This document shows positions 52,401 to 61,400 of a stretch of 64,000 bases of DNA, one piece after another (position 1 is the stretch's first letter; every line of letters begins with the position of its first letter). The stretch spans positions 112 to 64,111 of the forward strand of contig DATJPV010000041.1 in assembly GCA_035506195.1 (NCBI GenBank). The letters run 5' to 3'. The position numbers were made by a program, and so were the translations under genes. The notes under the pieces were generated by a model. That model did no database searches, was not told the origin of the DNA, and saw only the letters and a program-made list of their open reading frames with translations. This DNA is from Patescibacteria group bacterium. Lineage in GTDB: Bacteria; Omnitrophota; Gorgyraeia; Gygaellales; Profunditerraquicolaceae.

Positions 52401-55400
52401 GGGTTCCTCCAGGCGATCGTCACCCTTGAAAGCTGAGCCAGCGGGTCGTATTCGAAATCGATACGCGTAATGGCTGCCTTCTTGCCAATGAAAGCGATCT
52501 GCCGCACAACCTGTTCGTTATCGCGCGCCTCCCCTGCCTTGCCCTCTTCTCTTATCTGCATCAGCTCATGCGTTGTTTTTCCGGTCACCTGCATGCCTTC
52601 TGCCGGCGAACTGGACTGGCCTTCTTTTTTCTTCGTGAGCAATCCGATGGTCAGGGCTATTGTTGCCGCCCCCAAGAACAAAGGAAGGACCCAGGAATGA
52701 CTATCCTGCTGCACCATCCTCCTATCCCGGCTTGGCATTTGGCCTCTAAGGTGATAACGATTGTCGCCAAGATAAGATGCTTTCGGATTAAATAAGCTGC
52801 TTCTTCTCCATGCCCGTGCCGCAAATGCATTGGCAGTGGTGCTTTCAATGCGCCAGCCGGCAAATTGGCCAAACTCCGGATGTGTTGCCATCCAGTAGTA
52901 TAGAAGAGGCATGACCCGCTTGTGTTGGTACGCTTCTTCTACAAGGGCAACGTCTCTTAAGAGCTTGCGCTGCTGTTGATCGACGGCTAAAGAAAACCCG
53001 CCGACTATTTCTCCGTCATAATCACGCAGGAGCTCAATCCAATACCCGATGATTCGATCATCGTAGCCTTTGACTGCCCGATCGCGCGGCCAGACCCCCC
53101 TGATTGCTAAGACCTGGCTTACGATGTCATGAATCGCATCGTTCGGTAAACGAACAAGCTTACGTAACCCCTGGTCGATTACCTGCTTCTGTGCACTAGA
53201 TAGCTGCATAATCAACTCTACAGGCTCAATCACCGCCGGTGAGCTGGAAGCCTCATTGTCCAGTGCTTCCTGCTGGATCCGGATTGCTTGATACGCAAGC
53301 TCTAATTCTGAAACAGGCCGTTCGCGCAATCCGGCTTCATGGCGCAGCCTGTCGCGTATGGCCTGGTTATCGCGGAACAGCCTTCCTAACCATGCTCCGT
53401 GCAGGCGCTGGCTTTGAACGTCGGCACCGATAAAGAGCTGTTGTGCGGTTACGCGCAACTTAGGGGCATGCACGTACTCCTGAGCCTGTAAAGCCTCCCG
53501 GGAAATACGCCTCAATACAGAGCTATGGTTTTTTAAATTGATATCCCATATATGCCACTCATCTTCAGCCGTCCTGAACATAACATCGATATCAGAATCA
53601 AGGGTAAGAAAACCGTTAAAACTGCCTATCAGCCAGATCTGTCCGGCATGCAAGATCTGCCTTATTCTTTCTCCGGGCCCGACTTCCCCGAGGCGCATCA
53701 ATGCCGATTCAATTTGACCTTGGCGCAGCGTTGGTGTCTCTAATACTTTGAATATCTTCCTGAGTAGGCGCCGGTCAATAAAAGGAGTCGCGAAATAGTT
53801 TTCCAGGGATAGCTGTAATGCATGTTGCCAGTAGGGCGTTTCCGGGCCCGTCATGTGCATCAAAGCCGCAATCTCTTTGGCAACAGCTGCGGGGGTAACG
53901 ATCCCGGCCTTACGCTGATTGTCAATCCATACCGCCAGTTCAAAAAGATCCCTTTCTCCTTCTTTGATGGCCATCTGTAACATGCGCGCGGATTCCTGCG
54001 CCGGAGAGCTAGCCTGGCGACGCCGGTCCTTTGTTGCGGATCGGACGGACATATAAAACGCTTCGTGCCTGGCAGCAAGGAGCTCATACGTATATTGCCC
54101 CATAATGAACCTTCTGCCCTTTTGGCCCATCCGGATCCTCAATTCCCTATTCGCGCAGAGTTCCTCAATGCGCGCCGCAAAACCATTGATATCGCCTGCC
54201 TTGACAAGGAACCCGGTCTCGCCCGGTATCATTGCGGCCGCGATGCCGCCCGCATCAAAAGCAACCACCGGCTTTTCCATCGCCTGCGCTTCCAGGAGCG
54301 CCCTGCCCAGGCCTTCGCTCGTACTGCATAGCACCGATACATCGGAAGCGGCAATGTAGTCTCTAATCTCTTGCTGCGAAAGCCCGCCGGTAAAAATAAC
54401 GTTGTCGTCCAAGCGGCATTCCTTGACAAAAACGACTACCCTTTCCTTAAACACCGGGTCGTAATCGTTACCCGCAAAAATAACCTGTACCGGCCTGCTA
54501 CGGTCTCTGAGGATACGCGCTATCTTAAGCAGGTCAAGGTGGTTTTTCTCGGGGCTGATACGCCCTGACAAAAGCACTACCGGTGTATCGAAATGTACGC
54601 CGGCATCCCGGGCTTTTTTAGGATCAAAGAACTCCGGATCGATGCCATTCCCGAGGTTCACAAACCGCCGACGCAGGTACCACGGCACACTCTTTTCGGA
54701 AATACCGCTGATGCCCGCCGCCCAATGCACGAGCATACGAGTGGCGATATCCCTTAATAATATGTTCCCGCCGTGATTCTCCAGAAGGACTGGAATGCCC
54801 CGCGCATAACTTTGGCGCATCAGGAGCGCTGCCTCCGGAAAGGCGATCGAATGCACCATGACCAGGTCAATACGGTGTTGTGCGAATATTTCGTTTAACC
54901 GAAGCTTGAAGGTGGCGATATCCAGATTAATGATGCCGCGGCTATAGAACCTTCTGATAAGAGGCAGGCGCTGCATCAAGCCCATGAATCTGGTGGTGAC
55001 GAGCCAGTAGCGAATGAGTCCTTTGACGCCTAACTGCTCGAAGAATCTATTGAGTATACTGAAGAAGTGGTTTTCCGCGCATTTTGTGCATTGCGCGATG
55101 CTATTGTCGTGCAAAAGGACCGGCACGCGGATCAAGGTGCCCTTACCGATCTGCTCGCTTCTCACAAAAGCGCCTGCCGCATCCGTGGTAAGATATAACT
55201 GAATAATGGTTACTCGGTTCCGCCTCAACAAGGCGGCGTTGAGCCCCTGTAAATGCTGTTGCAGGCCGCCAAGGTTATCGTAGGAATAAGAAAACCGCAG
55301 GATCGTCAGACCATCTAGGCGGCCTTCTGCCGGAGAGCTGCTCTGTGCGCGGCTCGCAAAGGCTGCATGTATCGCCTCCGTAAACCGGCGTCCCATCTCT

Positions 55401-58400
55401 TCGATACCGATACCGTCGGGGCTGATAACGATATCCGCCGGATGCGCAGGGTAATCGTTTCTTTCCAGGGGTGTGGCGAGCAGTTGGCGGGCTATGTCGA
55501 CGGCTATGCCGCTGGCTATCGCGCGTTCAAAACGGCTTTTATAGCTACTGTTGAAACGCACGAGTAATTCAGGCTGGCCTTTCTCCTGATCAGCATACTC
55601 AAACAGCTTAGTAACGCATTCAATGAATAGCACATGCGCTTCCGGCGCCTCGTTGTGTGCCCATTCAGCAAGAGACCTTGTGTCCACGCGCATAGAACGT
55701 AACCCGTGATCCTGCAGCGCCTTACTCGCCAGATTAATGAGCATTGTCTTGGCTGTTGCGGTCGGCCCAATAAAGACGATATGCGCCGGCCGGCCGAGTT
55801 GGCGCTGCTCATTGGCAGTAGCTATGCGCACGATCATGGAGGCGAGTTTCTCTATGCCGCTTTCCTGTACGGGCGAGCTGGTTTTACCGCGCTGCCACCC
55901 CGAGAAGGGAGAACGGACCAGGCGGGGGAAACGCGCTATAACCAGACGGCTGCCGAGCTTCGTATCTGGCTGTTGGGTTTCGGAATTATCTATCTTGAGG
56001 GGAGCATATATCTCATCGGCGATTTGGCGCACCCGATCGTTGACGCTATCGGTCACCAGGATCCCGGCATTCTTCAGCGCCTCGATATAGAATCCGATGA
56101 ACCTAGCCCTCACCAGATGGAGATACTCAAATAACACAACCTGAACCATTGTCTTTTTTGAGCCGGAGTCAGAAAGCAAAGATACCGCCTCCTGAAGCAT
56201 GGCGATGCGCGCTTCCCGCAGATAATTGCTCGCCTGCATATGGAATGCGTGACGGGAAAAATCCTTTCCGTCAAAACGATCTGCCTTCGCAAGTGCCTCC
56301 AGATTAAGTTCATCCAGAGACATGCATATGTTTTGGAATTGCGATGCCAAAACAGGAACAAGCACAAAGGCGCGTTCGAAAGCACGGCGAGCCGGCCTTC
56401 TTAAGAGCGCCTCTATTGCCTTTGCGGGTTGAGGATAGGTATATCGCGTATCCGCGTCAGCGCGCTGATGAGCAACAGCAGGACGAATACCTTGCCGGCG
56501 AAAACTTATTTCTTCGAGTTCATGGAATACGAGCGGATCAAGATGGCGGCGGAGCGCGGATGAGAATTCTTCCTGGAAGCTTTCAACGAGGGTCTTTGAA
56601 GAGAAGTATAACGATAGGGTGCCGTTTGTTTTCCGAGCCCAGATGAATGTTGGCGGAGCGCGTGCGGTATTCTGCGTAAGATAAAAGAATCCGACCTTGA
56701 CATCGCCAAAACTTGGAACCGCCCGGTTGAAGGCAGGGACGGCTTCATAACAACCCTTGGCAATGAGTTGTTTTATCTCCTTGATATCCTGTCGGTTCAG
56801 GTTCCCGAGATAGCCATGCCCTTGAGAAACGGGGCTGGCAGCCCTCATGGGGCCTACTCCGTCCCGCGAAGGCTGCTTGACCCGGACCACAAAACGCTCA
56901 ATTAATCTATCGCTCAATAAACGCATGGGATCATTTGAAATATACGAAGGCAACGCAAAATCTCCGCCGCCATCTTGATCAATCGGAGATCTGCCTAATG
57001 CGTCTTGACGCCTTTCGAAAAAACGCGGCAAGCCGTAATGGGTCGGGACAAACTCTGCCGGGTGGAGATAGACATGTGCATCCTTAAACTTTGAGCACAC
57101 GTTACCGTAACTGCCTACGATACCGAAGTGCGTCATCTTCCCGGAAGCATCAAAATACACCACAAGAGAACCTGGCTGTGCTTTTTCTTGCGAGACAACC
57201 TGGAATGACATTGATAATATATCAAGCAGTTGCTGGTAGCCCAATCCGTTGAGCTCAGGGAAGAATTGTTTCACGTACCCCAGACAATCCATGCATGAGG
57301 GCAGGTCCTTGGTATCTTCAATAAGCATTATTCCCGGCAACACCGCAATGCTGTCGAAATCATGCTGTTCCAAGAGCCAATCGATGCATTCACGGATCTC
57401 TTCAACCGTATCGAATAGCGGAGAGCTTGTCCCCGGAAGGCGGCGTACGGTATAGATAAGCGTACCTTTGTTAATATCGTCGGCCTGTTCGCTGAAATTT
57501 CCTACGGCAGTATAACTCAGGCGCTTGCCTAACGAAGAAATATGGAAAATGCCACGGTCATTGTACACAGCCGCATTACGCGAATACGGCAATCCTATTC
57601 CTCCCCAGAAACGTGCGATTCCTTTCCTTGTTGAATATCCTTTGGTCATTGCCTTGCGCAGATCCTTAATACCCTTGCCTAGATCGCGCACCAATATCTC
57701 AAGGAACCCTGCATCGGCAGAAAGCACCACCGCGCCGGGCGCACCGGCATGCACTACGATATTAGTAGCAAGTTCATCAACTATAAAACGGATCGACTCG
57801 TCACCAGAAACAAGCTCATCCTCCCTGTCGTTTACGATTGATTCCTGCGCAAAGCCCAACGATGCGGCAAATGCCTTGATGTGCCGTCCGTATACGCTTT
57901 CCGGGGCAAATTCGTATTGATCGCTGCCTACCGGCAAAAGCAGGAATCCGCCGGAGGCAAACGGCGTGAATCCCTCCCTGCCTGTACGCGCAAGCAACGA
58001 ATCCACCTTCCTGACCACGTGCCCTTCTAGCTCGGGATACTCTGGAAGCGGAGAGCTGGAATACTGTTGAGACGCATTAAACAGCAAAACAATATTCTCT
58101 CCTTCTTTGAATTTTGTGACTCGCAGGCTAAACCGCGTATCCGGCGGATATGCCTGTCCGATACTTTCAACGAGGAAATCCTGCATAAGTGCAGTGGATT
58201 CCCCACGGCCAAGCGCGGTATCCAAAATGACCTCATATTTCATGTCTGGGCCGGGTTTATCCGCCAGTTCATACGGACGCAAGGGAACGTCGTATTGGAG
58301 GCGTGTAAGGTTGCCCCGGCGGATCAACCCTTCGATCCATACATAGAGTTCCTGGAAAGACAAACCGGTGATATCGAAATACCTATCGCCCCTGGCCGGG

Positions 58401-61400
58401 GAACTTGCGCCGTTCAAGGCTGCAATTGCCTGATACGTCGCGCCTCCAACACGGTATGCGGCCACAACGGTTTTAGATCCATGCTCGCTGAATTCTTTGG
58501 CATCGTTTTTAGCGGCAGCCGGATACTTTATGGAACTATACCCACCCAGGATTGCCGGGAATGCCCCTGAAAGAACGTGTTTTCTGAGCGTATCATGAAC
58601 CGGATAATACGGGCCAACATTCGCCAGCCTGATTGACGGCTCGGATATCCAGCGTTGGCGAATATGGGCAAACGCCGGATCGCACCATGCATGCAAGTCA
58701 CAATGCAGAAGGGAAAATCTATTCTCAGCCGGCACGGGAGGATACAGCCATTCGCTTCTTTGAAGAACTTCGCCCGGGCCATATCCTGCCTCGCGCAAGA
58801 CTTGCGCTGCGGCATAGAGAAGTTCGTCCTTACCGTCAATGCCAATGAGCCGCTTGATCCCCAGCCGGAATGCCACGAGCGCCAAGTCTCCTCTACCTGT
58901 GCCGTATTCCTCCGCGGTCATGCGGTACAGATCCTGTTGGCGCATTAAGGCTATAATCGGAACAAGGTATTCCAGGAACATAAGCGGCGCTTTCACGACA
59001 AGCCCCTGAGCCTGAGCCACCAGCCCCCAAGGCATGCTTTGGCGCAAAAGGTCAGCCAGGATGATAACATCATCTACCCTCAGGTACATATTGTTGGCTC
59101 CCGCAACTACTGCCAGATGCTTCTGTGGCGCATCAATCTCTACGGTATCTTGCCTTAAGGACGCAAAAAGTACCTTGCGGATATAATGTTCCAGCTGTTC
59201 TATGGCCCCCTCGGCAGGTTCCTCAACCGGCGAACTGGAAAATCGCGAACCTGGCCGCGGGCCGCCCGAATCCCTGAGTTTACCGGGGGTCAAGACGCGC
59301 ACTATTGTCTCCTGTAATCCTGCGATATACTCAATAGAAGTTGCAGGCCCTAATCCAATCCCTATTACTATATATTCGGCCAAGAGGCGGATAAGCTCAA
59401 TGACATCCGTATCGGGATTTGAAAGCATATCGGAATCAGTGACAAACACATCGAATATCATTACCGGCCCTTTATCGGAAAGGATGATATTCCGGGGGTT
59501 ATAGTCTAGACCGCGCAGATCCTCTATGCGTTCGTATAGGAAGGCGCATACATCATAAATAGTCGTCACGCTTCGTAATAGAGTGGGAATAAGGGCACTT
59601 TGATTAATGAGGGCGCGCCCTTCGGTATACTGCGCCGCCATGTCTCTGATGTATTGATACAGATTCCTGCCTTCGACAAACTTCCATATGAGAATAAGGT
59701 TTCCGATCCTGTCCTGCGTATAAAATCCCTCTACCACGCCCGGCGTTCTGGGCGTAAGCCCGTTAACCGCATCGACAACCTTCTTTATCGCATCGATGTC
59801 TCTGACGTCAGGGCGCCGGGCCATCTCTTGGGTTATTATCTTTATAGCTACCACGTCTGAAGGCTGATTGACTGCGTGCGCTTTCCAGGTATTGGCTGCA
59901 AGTTTTTCATCAAGTATGTAGGTAGCTCCCTCTGGCAGATAGCGCCTCTGTTTAGGCAGGATAACTTTCTGGCCGGGCTTGAAAGCCGGGAAGAGAGAAA
60001 ATGCAGTAAACGATGCGAGGGCTTCGGTGAGGTCCTGGAACACTTTTTCCGGATTCTGCTGGCCGTTTATTTTTATGGTAACCGCTTTGTAATAATCGAA
60101 TACCGCCTGTTCATATTCGCGATATTGCCGGATACGCGTGCGTATCGTGTCAGCATCGTCATCCCCCCTTCCTTCCCTGGGGTGGCCGACGAGCCTGCGC
60201 ATCGACTCCTTGTCGCTGATGTGCAGTTCGATAGCACAATCAATATAAATACCCTGTTCTGTCATATAACGGGCCGATGAGACGGTAGGCGGGTATCTAT
60301 CGAGGATAAACCCTGTCTGCATATCCTTTCGGCTGAGGTAAACCTGCATTATCTTGTCCATAATATCGTCGGGCACAAGCCTGCCGTCCAAGACGCGTTC
60401 TTGAATCACCGCTAGCTCCTCGCCGGTTAAATGGTAGGCTTGCGCTTTAGCGGGGTCGTGCAGGATATCGCGCAGGACCTGCCCCGCAGAAATGTGCGGT
60501 ATGCCTAACAACCGCGCCAGCCTGTCTGCCTGCGTATGTTTTCCGCTCCCCGGCTTACCTTTTATTACGATCCTTCTGGGCATATCTGCGGTGTCTATGG
60601 CTGAGCTGGCATCGAGTTCCGGATATCGCACGAAATATGCGTCTTCCTCCGGGCCGAAGGGAACGAATCCCAATCCCGCATAGAATTCTTCCAGCGCTTG
60701 TTGCCCTTGCGGGTGGCGCCCGAAATAAACAAGATGCGCGAGGATTGTTTCGGTAGCGCCATAGGTCCTTACAAATCTTTCTACGAGAAAATGGCCGTAG
60801 CCTTTTCCTTTGGAAAGGCGGTCTGTTTCAACAAAATCGATGAACTTGAAATCACCCAGATCTTGGCGCCTATCCGAATAACTTAATAACAGGCTGACCG
60901 CGGAATCATTTTCTGCTATATAGTAAAGTTCGTACGAGCGATGGTAACCGCGCAGAGAATAGTCGCCAAAGACCCGGTCTTTGCCGTTCTTCCACTTGTT
61001 TAATAACGATAGCATCTCCTGACGATCGCGGACGACGTGCACGATGGGCACGCTGGTGCTTTCCGCAAGCTGCACTTCAATATCTTCAAGTTCTTCCCAT
61101 AAAGTCGTTGCATGTGCGGATAAAGACAGGGCTTGTGCCTGCCTGCTGAATAATCCTCGGTTAGGCCGCTTATGCCTGGTAGATTGCGTAAGGTCTTGGA
61201 AAATTTCCTTCATTTCGCGGACAAGCTGCGCCTGCCGATCAAGGTTTGCATCCAGCCAAGCCCCGATCACCTGTTGCCTCTTCAGTAGGTACTGCAAAAC
61301 AGAATCCGATTTTACCGGCGAACTGACGGCTGGCAATCGGGTGGAGATTCTATCGATAGGAGCCTTACTTTCCTCGATATCAACTCTAAATTGTGTAAAT

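Noticed and set aside
58380-58400. RGD tripeptide immediately after a junction (SSPARGD)
   Set aside because: A single RGD is expected by chance in a protein of this size. There is no supporting integrin-ligand context.
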